Source of the DNA: Balanoglossus misakiensis
Taxonomy: Eukaryota > Animalia > Hemichordata
NCBI GenBank assembly: GCA_040954595.2
Contig: CM082579.2
Location: forward strand, 2,534,345-2,598,344
DNA length: 64,000 nt
Direction of reading: 5' to 3'
Shown here: one piece after another, positions 41,099 through 53,667 of the stretch
How positions within the stretch are numbered: position 1 is the first letter of the stretch
How the letters are laid out: each line of letters opens with the position of its first letter
Position numbers and translations under genes: made by a program
The notes under the pieces: generated by a model
The model's input: the letters and a program-made list of their open reading frames with translations, nothing else
Told to the model about the DNA's origin: nothing
Database searches by the model: none

Positions 41099-43653
41099 AT
41101 GCATCCTCCCACACCCGCACTTTCCAAACGGACTTTAACGTCACCAAGAGAGTTTTCGATGCCCAAATTTCACAAACACGGACGACTGACTGTCGACAAA
41201 CTCATGTTTTTCAGGGAACATCTCGAACGTCGCCTGGCGAAGACCAAGGCACCCAAGGCCTCCTCGGCGCAGCAGGCAGCCCCGCTCGAGGGGAGCGGGG
41301 AGCAGGAAAAATGGATGAGGGAGAAGAAGGAGAAGGATCAGCTACCCGCACTGGAAAACGGAGAAGAGGATCTCTATGACAACGGTGCCTGCGCTGCCCC
41401 TCTTCCATCCACTCCTCCGCTGGACGATCCTGAAGTCGAATTCAAGATGGAGGCGTTACGGAACGCGTTGCTGAAGCTTTGTACGAAGTTGACCACTGTG
41501 TCGCCACAGTTCTTTCAGAACAAGACCTATGAACCATCACAGTAAGTCAAGCTCTGGGACCTCCGATATTTTCCGTTATATTAAGAACCAAATAAAATGT
41601 TGAGGAAATCCGTTCAGGGTTTGAAACACATATTGGACCATAATGGTGCAGTCAAACAACTAAATATTCATTCTAGGTTAAATGCGTTGAACCATTCATC
41701 GCTTTTATGACTAACAGTGCGTTTTACCTTGGGCATTGTGTATGAACAATGAAAATATTAATTTCGTCACTATTTGTTGACACACACGAGTGTTGGTTTC
41801 GTTAAACGTAGAATGCCACATCTCAAATACGACCTGTTTTCACTTGTATTTGCAGAGTCGAGCCACCTCCTCCAAAACCGAGTCCCACGGCCGCCTATCA
41901 CCGTAAAGTTACCCTCACCTCCCAAACACACAGCGACAAGCTGCTGCACGGACTCAACGGTCTCCGCCGCCACAAGATCCTCTGCGACCTGGCCCTCGTC
42001 GTCGACGACCGGAGATTCCACGTGCACCGCAGCGTCTTGGCCGCCTTCAGCTCTTACTTCAGGGATCTTCTCAGGGAGGAGGCGATACGAGACAACGAGG
42101 TGATTCTGGAAGGCATCACCGCAGAGGGACTGGAACTTGTGCTGAACTTCATTTACACCGCCGAGATGTCTCTCAGCATCAAAGACGTGCCCAAGGTCTT
42201 CGAGGTAGCCACGTCGCTAGAGATGACAGCCATAATCGACATCTGCAGCAACTTTTTGAAGTCTGAGATAAACACGAGTAACTGCGTTGAAGTGCTGAAT
42301 ATCGGTAGTTATTTCAACGTCACGGACCTGAGAGCATTCGCAGAAGACTATATTCTGAGGAACTTCAGAGTGGTGACCACAGAGGACAGTTTTCAGCAAC
42401 TCTCGGATCGGCAGTTGAATGAGTTCTTGAGGAGCAACAAGCTGGACATGCAGTCCGAGCTGGAGGTGTTTGAGACGGTCGTCAGGTGGCTGAAGTTCTC
42501 TCCGGTCCGGATGCCGTTCTCTGGCAAAATGATGCGCAACGTTAGGATGGCTCTCATCCCACCAGACGACTTAGTGGACAAGGTGCAGTCGCAGTTCTTC
42601 ATGATGAACGACCCGGCCTGCAATTCTCTTCTGATCGACGCCTTCAAGTATCACGCCACGCCGCACCGGCAGCCGTGTATGCAGTCGCTGAGCTCGACTC
42701 TCCGGTCCGACAACGAGGTCATGATCGCCGTCGGAGGTCTCAAGGAAAACGGAGCAACCATGGACGTGTTGGGCGTCAGTCCGCACACCGGGGCAACTTT
42801 TGTCCTCACGCAAAGTCCAACCAGGCTGGTGGACCATAGTGTGGTCACACTCGCCAATTTCATGTATGTTGTCGGTGGTCAAACCAGTGGGAGCCCAGGG
42901 GGAGAACACAGCTTGTCTTCGGTGTACAGGTACGACCCTCGGACCAATTCGTGGTTGACGCTGCCACCCATGCAAGAGCGGAGATCCAACTTCCACCTGT
43001 GTGCTCTTAAAGACAAGCTGTACGTGGTTTGTGGGTGGAAGGGCCGACACGAACGGACAAGATCTGTGGAGTGCTACGACCCGCACAGAAATGCCTGGTC
43101 GTTCGTCGAGTCGTACCCCGTCACAGCCGTTGCTCCGGCGGGAGCGGTGCATGACGACAAGCTCTACGTGGCCGGCGGCTACGCTGGACAGTACATCAGT
43201 GCCGCCAACGTGTACGACCCCGACACGAACCAGTGGGAAGAGCGGGCGAGCATGTCCACGCCCAGGGCGTGGCACAGCATGGCGGCGGTGCGTGACAAAC
43301 TCTACGCATTCGGGGGAAATTGCAAAGATTTGGACGGGCGGCGGATCGATATTCTGACGACGGAGTGCTACAGCCCGAACGACGATCAGTGGTACACTCT
43401 ACCTTCGGAGATCCCTTCGGGTTGCAGCGTCACCAACTCCGTGGTGATGAAGGGAAACGTGTTCATCATGGGAGGGTACGAGTGGAAAACGAAACGGAGT
43501 AAGAAATCGATTCTCTGCTACTTCGTTGAGGATGACCGCTGGGGTTGGAAGTCGGACATGACAAATTCCCTCAATGGGATGGCTTGCTGCACGCTTATTT
43601 TACCACAAAAAGTGCCTGACGATCCAAGGTTCAAGCTTGGGCTGGATTCATAA
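41099..43653 (+). CDS. Kelch-like protein (BTB-BACK-six Kelch repeats), CUL3 adaptor of the KLHL9/13/26-like type, ~746 aa
   Basis: Exon 41099-41541 (donor CA|gtaagt) joins exon 41856-43653 (tttgcag|A) in phase 2. BTB: HSDKLLHGLNGLRRHKILCDLALVVDDRRFHVHRSVLAAFSSYF. BACK: SELEVFETVVRWL. Kelch repeats carry GG...YDP...W motifs. The start codon (41099 vs 41159) and exact orthology are uncertain. Confidence 0.92.
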
Positions 43654-45982
43654 TTACATGTAGTAGAAAGCGCGATAAAAAGCTACTCTCCAAATAGTGA
43701 GAGTCGGCGACTGAATGTCAGTCGGTCACTATGTCAGAGGATTGGAAAATAGAGAATTGGCCAGTAGAACAAGTGATAGGCGATCAATTTCACATTTTAA
43801 TGAAGTTTTGGAGCAAATTGTGTAAATATATTAAGTCGTAGTGTCAATAGTCACAATTAAATTGTATACACATGCAGTAATACATATCTATCCGGGTGAA
43901 CCTTAGTACTGCGCCGTTATATAGTTCGACAAAATCGGAGTATTTTAAAAGCTAAAATCTACGTGGTTAAACAGTTTTAGATTTCACATGATTCATAATA
44001 TGAACATACTACCAGTAGATTTTATATTATTTCCAAATTAAGGACATTTACATATTAGTGTAAAACTGTGCCGGTTAACCTTTGGCCTTGGCTATAATTT
44101 TAATATTAACCATTTCTCCAGGATATCTGGTTAACTATAGGACTACAATATTTACTTTTCGTAGCCTGGTCTTACTCTAATCGTCCGCCACCCAAACATC
44201 TGTTTCGCGTTGGTCAGTCGTCATTCCATTTGCGAATAAAGTTTTCCAAATGCTATATAGAATTCGGTATTTTATGTTAGAAACAAGCGACGGAAATGGA
44301 TTAATTGATGACGTTTACGAAATGTTATGCCGATGATAATTATATCAAATTGCCAGTATAGGTTCCATTATAGTGAGAGGGTGTTGTTATTCTCTATCAT
44401 CGTGCCAGGTTTTTTTTGGAAAGTTAATTTAAATACGGAATACATCTTACATGTTGGCGTTTATGTTTGTTACTGTAACGTTAACTAATAATATATGAAT
44501 ATTTACTATCAGGTCGTGGCCGGATGCTGTTCGAGGGCATATTTACGTTTTTGTATTATATTTTCTTGTGTAAAAGTATTATTTATGTGAATAGTTTCTA
44601 TTGAGAAATAAATAACTTATAATTAGTATATTGTCAAGGTTGCCTTGTCGTTGGTCACCATGTTACCTTCGGTTTGAAATTCTCTCCATTGTGCTTGACA
44701 TATTTTATGAGAAAAGAATGCAAAATGCATGACGCCCTTGCAAGATGGAAAGTCACGGTCATACCTATACAGAACTAGAAAGGACATCCTTGACTCTTCC
44801 CCTGCATTACCATTTAGTGTAATGACGTCACTGTTGATGAGGCCGACGTCACTAATTGAAGGGAAGTTAGCAATCGTTAAAGGACGTATCCGGAAAGAAT
44901 ATATGTTTATATGCCCGTGCTTTTCATTTCATGGGTAAGGGTTATTAGTCACATTTTAATTATTCGTTTTGAGCAAAAGTGCTGATGACACCACTATGTT
45001 GTAATCATTAAATATTCAAAACCCGGCACTCTTTCAGTGACACACAGTTTTGACACTGATAGTTTTGACAGCAGACACGCCACCTGTTTCTACGGCCGAT
45101 TTTATTCAGAGGCATAATACCATGCAGAACACCAAACAATTAGGGTTATTATCAACATGAATCGACCTGTTCGTTTTCTATAAATAAAATGCGATTTAAC
45201 CAACAAATGCTTTTATTTCTAATAGAAATAAAAAATGTCAATTTGCATATGTCTAATTTGCATGAAAATGACACCTGTTGACTCAGTGAAACCACAGTGC
45301 ATTGGTGGCCTCATCATGAGTGACCTGTGACCGCCGTTTACTAGGGTATAAATAACTTCCAGCAGATCTAACACTTTCTGGGTCATCATATTTTCAACAC
45401 CACTTTCAGTGCTGAACTGTCTTTTTTAATGCAGGTCACCATTTTTCCGTTTTTAGAGGAGGCAAATCTTTTGAGTATCCATAAAGAGCCAAATAAACCT
45501 GCATTTCCATCATTGTTTGAAAGAAAATGTTTACATTTGGAAATATTCAAATTAAGTTTAAAAATAACCCCTGACACCAGCACTATTTCACTGAACAACA
45601 ATACTGTTAGCCATATTGAATGAATCATATTCCCCTCTGTTAATTTACATACACCACCCACCGATGCCTGAATAACAAGGACATCATTGCAATCCATTGA
45701 CATTTGGTCTTATTATCAGATCTATGGGGTTAGCTAGATAATGTGGATTCAATCAAAGCACCGCCAAACATACAGAACAACTTTAAAGAAATCAAGCAGA
45801 CACCTGATTAAACCTGAATGACATTTAATAAAATTCTGACACAGAGAATATTTACAAAATAATGTCATAGATTCAATACTTTTACTGGGGCTATGTGATA
45901 CATTAGGTTCTGGCCAAAGTATACAAAAATATGAAAAGTACAATAATATGAGTCCAATAGTTTAATTGTTCACAGACAGGCA

Positions 45983-48405
45983 TCATCGTTCCATACTGTT
46001 GCATGTTTCATCCAGCAACTTCCTGACTTCTTCACCTCTTGACAGCGCCCTCAAGATACATTCCTGAAGCTGTACGTCTGATAATGAACTTCCACCTACA
46101 AAAAACACAGAACGTTACCACAGTGAGTGTCAACTTCAAATGCATTGCTACATGCACAACTGGGATCTTAGATGGAGTTAGCACTTTCGCTTCTGGCTGG
46201 AATAGATGAAAAGTATGTTACTTCTCCAGGCACTTAGTGTAACACCTTTGATGATCCAGAGCTTGTTTCGATTATCCTTGACCCCTTACCAGGTTTATGC
46301 ACAGCACACAGTTGTCCGTCTCCATTTGTGACTATGGTAACCACACCTGTTGCTAGGCTCTCCTCTTCATTGGTTGGGTCAGCTATAATGATTTCACTAG
46401 ATTGAGAGAGAAAGAACTTTTTTATGAGTTCTGGTGCCACTGATTTGCATATAAAGGCAGCAGCATACCAGGAACTTTACTATTTGTGAGACATGCGCTT
46501 ATTTTAAGGTTTTGTTGCCAGGCAACTGTTTGCAGTTTCAGGTCAGAATACTAAAATAGCAAACAATACAACTACACAGGAATACGATCAATGACATACT
46601 TATCAAAGACTGCAAACGAAGTCGCCACTGGTTCTGATTTCAGTTTGAGATCCACTTTTTTTGACCTCACAACTTTTGGGGTTCCAGTTTCTTCATCGAT
46701 CTCCAGACACTGCAGAGACACTGCCATAAAGAAGACAACAGAGATTGAGATATTTTGAATGATATAAATGACTTTTAAAGCAGAGACTATCATCCTACTG
46801 TCTCATGTTCCCCTCTACAATGTTTGACATTGGCTATTCAAGTTGTTGCTTTCCACCAATGATTTGATGTATGAACTCACCATTTCTGAGAGCAGCCAGC
46901 AATGCTATCATGCAAGCGTCAATGACGTTGCCATCGTAATCTAGACACATCATATCACAGTACAAAACCCAAACAATCTGTGAGAAACAAAGACAGGAAC
47001 AGTAAAGGGAAAATACCAAGGTTTGGAAAGAAAACACTGGCAAGTGGCATAATAGTGCCCTCTACACTAATATCAATGTATTGGAGGCAAGAAATGATCG
47101 GTTCAACAATGCCATTTGTATAGTACAAGTTCTTACCTTTTTCTCGAGTACACATAGGTCTTCAAGGTTGATCAATTTAGAACTGTAATGTAAGGGGATA
47201 AGACATTAGCAAATACAAAATTCCAGCTTGTAGCTGTCAAGTAACAATACCAGCAAAATAAAGACACTTGGACACTTACTTTTTCATGACATCATCAACA
47301 AACTGACTGACGACTTGCGCCTGCTCACTCGGTGGTCCCGGTCGGAATCTTGGTGAACACAGTGGAGGTAAGTCTACATTGGGAACTAACAAACAAACAC
47401 AAAATCTGTCTTTATGGAACACACACTTTCTGTTACAAATGTACTAGATTTACCATGTCTGCCTGCACTGGGCACAGATTATAATCTATGACAGTTTCAA
47501 GGTTAACTTTTCAGTCTCTTCATTTCTGTGGACATGTTGGCTTACCTATATAACCTTTCTTAGGTTCTTCAGCTGTTGGGACTGCTAATTCCTTTATAAA
47601 GAAAATAAAACACAGATTTGATTTTTACCCTAAACATCACCGCTACCAAACAAATAATTTTACTCAGTCCTTTGGTGTCCAGTCTACTGTCATCAAAATG
47701 TCATGAAACCACTATTTTAAATCAGATACCAGACAAAACTTACTGCTTTCACGCCACATATAACTGTTGTGTTTCCAAGTTTGACAAGTGCAGATCCTTC
47801 AGCTGTGCCAATTGAACCTGAAGAGAAGGAACATATGCAACATGGATATGGAGATTTCTCTGCATCATACATATGACAACTGATACTTAGTCATGTCAAA
47901 ATGTTATTACCTATATTTACAATAGTACTTCTGATTTCACCCAACTCTCTTCCATCAGGACGTACATCTTCTTTCTGCAAAAATATGAAAAGATGAAAAT
48001 ACCACTACATTATTGTACTATACATAAAATTGACCATCAGAACATCTTATTCACCTGAGCCTGGGGCCTGCAACAAGAGACCTTGCACACATATAACCCA
48101 CTTGCTAATTAGTCAGGGGCATCTAGATTACGTATACTATGACATCAATAATTTCATACTTACCAAGAACTGGCGATAGTATTCTACAGGCTGGGCTGTT
48201 CTGTAATAGAAACAGTAATGCACTATAAATCATGCTGATGGTCATGTATTAAAATCATGGAAGAACGAATTCTCAAATGATCAACTGGGCCACTTGTGGC
48301 AGAAATAGGACCTATGGCCCCCGATTCAATCTCTAACGTTAACACAGCAACTTCACGATCGCCTGTACAAAAACTCACGTGTACTCACTTAAAATCTGCA
48401 GCCAT
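45983..48405 (-). CDS. EXOSC8: Exosome complex component RRP43, 11 coding exons, 275 aa
   Basis: Exons 48389-48405, 48164-48200, 47911-47974, 47744-47817, 47546-47591, 47280-47385, 47137-47182, 46881-46977, 46600-46720, 46290-46396 and 45983-46095; all GT-AG, total 828 nt. Translation: [33 protein letters not shown]...[19 protein letters not shown]...[24 protein letters not shown]...[15 protein letters not shown]...[10 protein letters not shown]...DPTNEEE...HKPGGS. Confidence 0.97.
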
Positions 48406-48599
48406 TTCTGTCTACCATAAATAAACATGCAGCCGAGCGTCATACCGACAATGCCATTACGAGTTTGTCTATTGGTTCCTGGACTGTATATGTAACTTTC
48501 TGGCCAATCACTGCCAACCTTATAAATACTCTCTGAACCCATACATTTATATACTGCGCACACGCACTGAAAAACTCGTCTACTACTTCCGGTTTCAAG
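48406..48599. promoter_or_regulatory. Bidirectional promoter shared by EXOSC8 and ALG5
   Basis: Only 194 bp separate the divergent ATGs. Contains opposed CCAAT boxes (ATTGG ~48471, CCAAT ~48504), TATAAA (~48521), NRF1-like TGCGCACACGCA (~48555), ETS ACTTCCGG (~48586) and a YY1-like AAGATGG overlapping the ALG5 ATG. Confidence 0.8.
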
Positions 48600-51500
48600 A
48601 TGGTAACTTTACTACTACAGCTGTTCTGTGTTGCCGTAATCCATGTTGTCATAGCAGTCATAGGGGTGAGTAAGCTTATTCGGTTCACGTTTAAGTTCAT
48701 CATTCCCCGTTCATTTCATTTCACAGCGAGACCTAGTTACATTAACTGTCGCGACGCGACGTCTTGCAAGTCCAATCACTTTCAAATTCGTCGTGAAGGG
48801 CAAAGGAAACGCGCACAATATTTCATCACAGACTCTCAACTAACCTGAAAACTTAGCTATTACTGTGAAAAATTCTTATCCGAGATATTAAAATTCATGT
48901 TTTATTGAAAATGAAACTGCAGCGCGAATAATCAGAGTAAGCTGCAGCTGACATTCAAATCACTTGTCGCAAGCATGATCAGCTGATCTCGATCCACGTT
49001 GCATATTCCCATGAACTTTGACCCCAATTCGGAACATGTGTAATTGGGTTCCAGAAATTATCAAACCCAAGTAAACAACATAAATAGCTTCATTCTCATC
49101 CAGGAAAATGTTTTAAAGTGCAAGATTTTTAGTATTGCGTCCAGAGATAGTTTTTAAAAGTTGACATATGTGATTTATTCATGTATCCATTGTATGCAAA
49201 TTTCCTCCCAAACATCATCTGTGACTGTAATAAACAACCACATTTCAGCTTACAAATTTGGTGCCATTTTATTTGTCCTAGGCATACCTTGACTTCTGTT
49301 CTTTGTATTTCAGTTAGTGATATACCTCTATCTTACGACGGAACCGAAGCCATACACAGTAATACATGAGAGTGAAAAATATTTTCAAGATCCCAATGAA
49401 GGAGATGCAAAATGTGCTTTTCCAAGTATACGAGACAAACCCACAAAGAACCTGTCTGTGATTGTTCCTTCATATAATGAAGAAGAAAGATGTAAGTGCA
49501 TGTTTTATTTTTTGCTTCACGATGTCTTTTTCAAAGGTACAGTAGTTGATTTTGACAGACTTTTTGTTCTAGGCTATGTGTCAACAACAATAATTCCTGA
49601 TGATCAATTTCTTATGATTTATCTTTCTTTTTGTTTTTGTCACTTTTTCAGTACCTATCATGTTAGATCAAGCCATAGAATTTCTTGAAGCTAGGTTGGT
49701 GAGTATGGCAATTCTGGGCTACTGAAAATTTCATCTTTAAGTATCACATACCAACAGGTGCACGTTTTACCAATGTACATGTGTTTTCATTGTTATGGTA
49801 TTTCTGTTAATTTTTTCTCGATACAGAAGAAACATCCTTCCCTTACATATGAAGTTATAATAGTAGATGATGGTAGCAAAGATAAAACTTCAGAGGTGAG
49901 TTGTCCATGAAACTTCATTCCCATTTTGTGAAACATGTCAGTGAGACTCATTATGCATACATCTGTGACTGTCAAAATTATTAACAGAGTTCGCAGTATG
50001 AGCCTGAAATGAAAACTGATTCACCAACATATTAACTATTGGTATATTTTTACCTTTGGCCAAACATTTACCTGCACAAAACATTTCTGGACCAGTTTTC
50101 ATTTATTCAGCTATAAATGAAACCAGCACATCCTAAATATAAACCAGACTGGTATTCTGAGATTTTCCGGCTTGTGTTGCAGGTTGGTCTGGAATATTCC
50201 AAACATTATGGAACAGACAAAGTCCGGGTGTTGACTTTTGAGAAGAACCGTGGAAAGGGTGGGGCAGTCAGGATAGGCATGTTCAGCTCCAGGGGGAAGT
50301 ACCTGGCATTCGCTGATGCCGATGGTGCTACTGAATTCCCGGATATAGAAAACTTAGAAACAGCCATCAAGGAAATTGACACTAAGGAGGTAATGTATTT
50401 ATTCACAACTCAAATATTATTACTGTTTATCATTTCTTGCTGCAGTAACAAAAGAACTCTAAAGTCTAAGTCTTTGGATTCTACATATGATTATCATCAT
50501 AAGTAACAGTGTAGTATTTCTTGTGTTTGCAGCATAAAATGGCAATTGTCTGTGGCTCCAGAGCCCATCTACAAGATGAAGCTACTGCCAAGGTGAGTTA
50601 GCCGATAGTCTTATAAAGTAATCTACTACACTTCATGTAAATTCAAAACTGCGTGTTTCAGAGTGAGTGCATATTTTTTAAACCAATCATCATGTCAGAA
50701 TTTCAAGTTCTCTTTTTTTATTACTTTCATTCCAGCGATCATTATTCAGGACCTTTCTCATGCATGGCTTCCATTTCCTGGTTTGGTTTTTCTGTGTCAA
50801 AGGAATTAGAGACACTCAGGTAAGTGCTTACAGAAATCAATTTCTGTAGATTTTACAATCCTATTGGTGCTACACATATCTATGGTGCCCTATCTCATTT
50901 CATTTTTAATGTTTGAAGATTTTGGATCATTTTACTGTTTGATAAAATGACAAAGCTGCACAATTAGTGATTGATAGAATCTGAAGGATGCCAGGGTGAT
51001 AAATGTTTCTCTCTTTGTTCACGACAGTGTGGATTTAAGTTGTTTACCCGTGAAGCAGCGCTCAGGACGTTCTACAACTTACACATAGACAGATGGTGAG
51101 TTATATGAATTTCAGGTGAAAAATTGCAATAGGCTTTTGTGATGTATAAGAGCGCCCTCTATCGGTTAAAGTAACTGAACTTTTCAATTTTTTTCAAGCA
51201 AACAGATATCCTCCTTTGACTCTTTGACTGCAGTTCGGTGGAAAATTCCTGAGTGACATCATAGGTTACCAAAGGGTCAATGTGCAGAGGTTTAATCAAC
51301 CATTTCACTTGCAAATTGCTTGTGTTCAATTTTCTTTCAATGGCACGGTTGGAGTAATTCAAATATAGACGAGATGAAACACAGCTCTTTGCTGTTGGAC
51401 TGATTTGCTTAGCGAAATTAGGCTGAAATAAAATTGCTGTTTAAGGTCACGTGGTCCCCTTTCATCTCAGGTGATGCGAGGGAGGGGCCATAGCAGCAAT

Positions 51501-53667
51501 CAATTTGTGGATTGTTTTAAACTAGAATTGTGAATTCTCAACCTGAAGAGGGATTTTATTATTTCATTGCTGTACGTTCTTTTAACGAGTGAAAGTGAAC
51601 CACCTTATTTTCATAAGGAGGGAAGAAAGTGAGCTTGGTGAGTCATCGTTCTGTTCAGAATTAAGTATCTAGGAGCATGTGACAGGAATGTGTATCAATG
51701 TCATTCATGAAACATTGCCCGGGTTCACCCACTGTCTTTTCCCAGAAACACAGATATTTTTGTCTTTTCCACAAATTGTTGAATCCTGACAGACACGCAA
51801 TGAATGAGCAGTGTAATCAAGATCCAAGCAAAGAGAAACTAGGAGAGTGAGCAATTCAGCCTGGATTGCAAAGTTTCCATGTAACCGAATGCCTGTTATA
51901 AAACCTATACCCATACAGTGTTTCGGATAATACAAGCTGTATGCTACTTTCAGACATCCCTGACTGCCTGGCTGCCATAAAAAATCCTACAGAGAACAGA
52001 AACCAGATAACTGAGATTGACCAGTTGTTGTTCTACAGACTACGATTTTGATCAGATACAACAGAATTTTAGCAGTGGAGGAGATATGAAACTAAGGAAA
52101 GTTTTTTATCAACTGTCTCGGAGATATGGAAAACAACACAGTACCAGAGGCCTGTTCTTTTTTTTCAAGAATTCAACATTTTTACCAATGCCCTGTTATG
52201 GAAATGCGTTTGCCGCAGTGCATAGTATTCATACAGTAATCAGTAATCTCAGGAGGAGATTAGACTTTTTCATTCTCTTCAGGCAATACATAGAATTGTA
52301 CTCAGAACTGAACCCTGTATTTTTTTATCATTACGTGCACATGGCAACTGATAAAAAAAATACCACTTGAGGACATGTGACAGAGCAATCGTATCAAACT
52401 ACTGGCTGACATGAAGGCAGAGTCAGATCAATAATTTAAAAAAGAATGACTTGCCTTGCAGTAAAACACACTCAAAGATTTATGATTGCAAAGTGCAGAC
52501 ATCAATGTATGATTATCTCAGTAATAATTTACTCCATCTGGGGGATTAAGTTTTTTTTATCCTTTCAAACAGTAATTTTTTCCCTTTTAGATGACGTACT
52601 GAGAAACTTGTCAGCCCAAAGTTGCAGCTACTTTCTCTTTATAGCCAATGGTATATCAGTCTCAGTCTTTTCTGTCTCTTTGTCTTTAATAATTGCAGGG
52701 CCTTTGATGTAGAGCTTCTGTACATAGCCCAGAGACTGAAAATCCCCATTGCAGAGGTTGCGGTTAATTGGACAGAAATTGATGGTAAGGAGGATGACAT
52801 TGCCGGTATTGGTTTTCCAGTTTGAGTCCAGTATGGGAATTGTGTATTAAACTGGGATTACTTTGCATCTGTCTGTGGACATGTGTGCCCCTGAATGTAT
52901 GTTAAAAGTCTGATTTCTTTCAAAGATGAAAATACACTGTAACTGACTTGCATATGCACATCTACTTGTTTCATGGAGCAGTCCAATGTGACTTACCAGT
53001 TGGCTGTTAAGTTCATTGCCCTAACTCTAGTCAATTCATAGAGACATCAAATGACAGAGAATGCTACTATTACAGAGCAGAGGGGGCTTAACAAATAATT
53101 TCCCTCTCTGGTGGCCTTCACACTGACGTTGCAGCACAACAGGACTGTGTGTTTCTAGCAGTTTCGACTTCCAATTTTATTAATGCATCACTGTAGGTAA
53201 TTCTCTCCGGGAGCACTTTTCACAAAGTGATTAGATGAAAGCTCCACAAGACAACCGAGTTCTTGCCTCTGCTGTTTTTTTCATTTCCTGTTGTAAAAGC
53301 CTTAGAATCGCACCATCAAGGCGATTGTCATAGTAATGCCAATCAGAAACTGAAAGTGTTTTCTGAAAAATCAATGATTCAAGGTCCTCTTTGTTCACTG
53401 CTTTCACCCCCACACCCCTGATTCCCAATATGGTAACCCCCCCCCCCCCCCCCTCTCCATGCTGAAGAAGCTATCTGGTGAAAAGGCTTTAATACTATAA
53501 GAGATGTTTTAATGTTCATGTGTATATTTCCCTTCTGCCTTTGTCTTGCAGGTTCTAAAATGACTCCAGTGTGGAGCTGGCTCCAGATGGGAAGAGACCT
53601 GATCTTTATACGACTACATTATGTCTTTGGCATCTGGAAGATCGATAAAACGATCAAATCGGAATAG
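48600..53667 (+). CDS. ALG5: Dolichyl-phosphate beta-glucosyltransferase, 10 coding exons, 326 aa
   Basis: Exons 48600-48665, 49314-49491, 49652-49698, 49827-49895, 50183-50389, 50533-50592, 50736-50819, 51028-51095, 52699-52784 and 53552-53667; all GT-AG, total 981 nt. N-terminal transmembrane segment, then LSVIVPSYNEEERL, YEVIIVDDGSKD, NRGKGGAVR, FADADGAT, GSRAHL, IRDTQCGFKLFTR, RWAFDVELL, VNWTEIDGSK, WSWLQMGRDL. Confidence 0.97.

Noticed and set aside
42217-43502. Antisense and alternate ORFs (e.g. 234 aa) over the Kelch gene
   Set aside because: Same shadow-ORF effect.
51445-51500. Resemblance to CPEB3/HDV-like ribozyme segments (GGGGCCA.AGCAG, TCACGT, CCCCT, CGA)
   Set aside because: The order of the pairing strands is incompatible with the nested double pseudoknot; it folds more simply as one hairpin.
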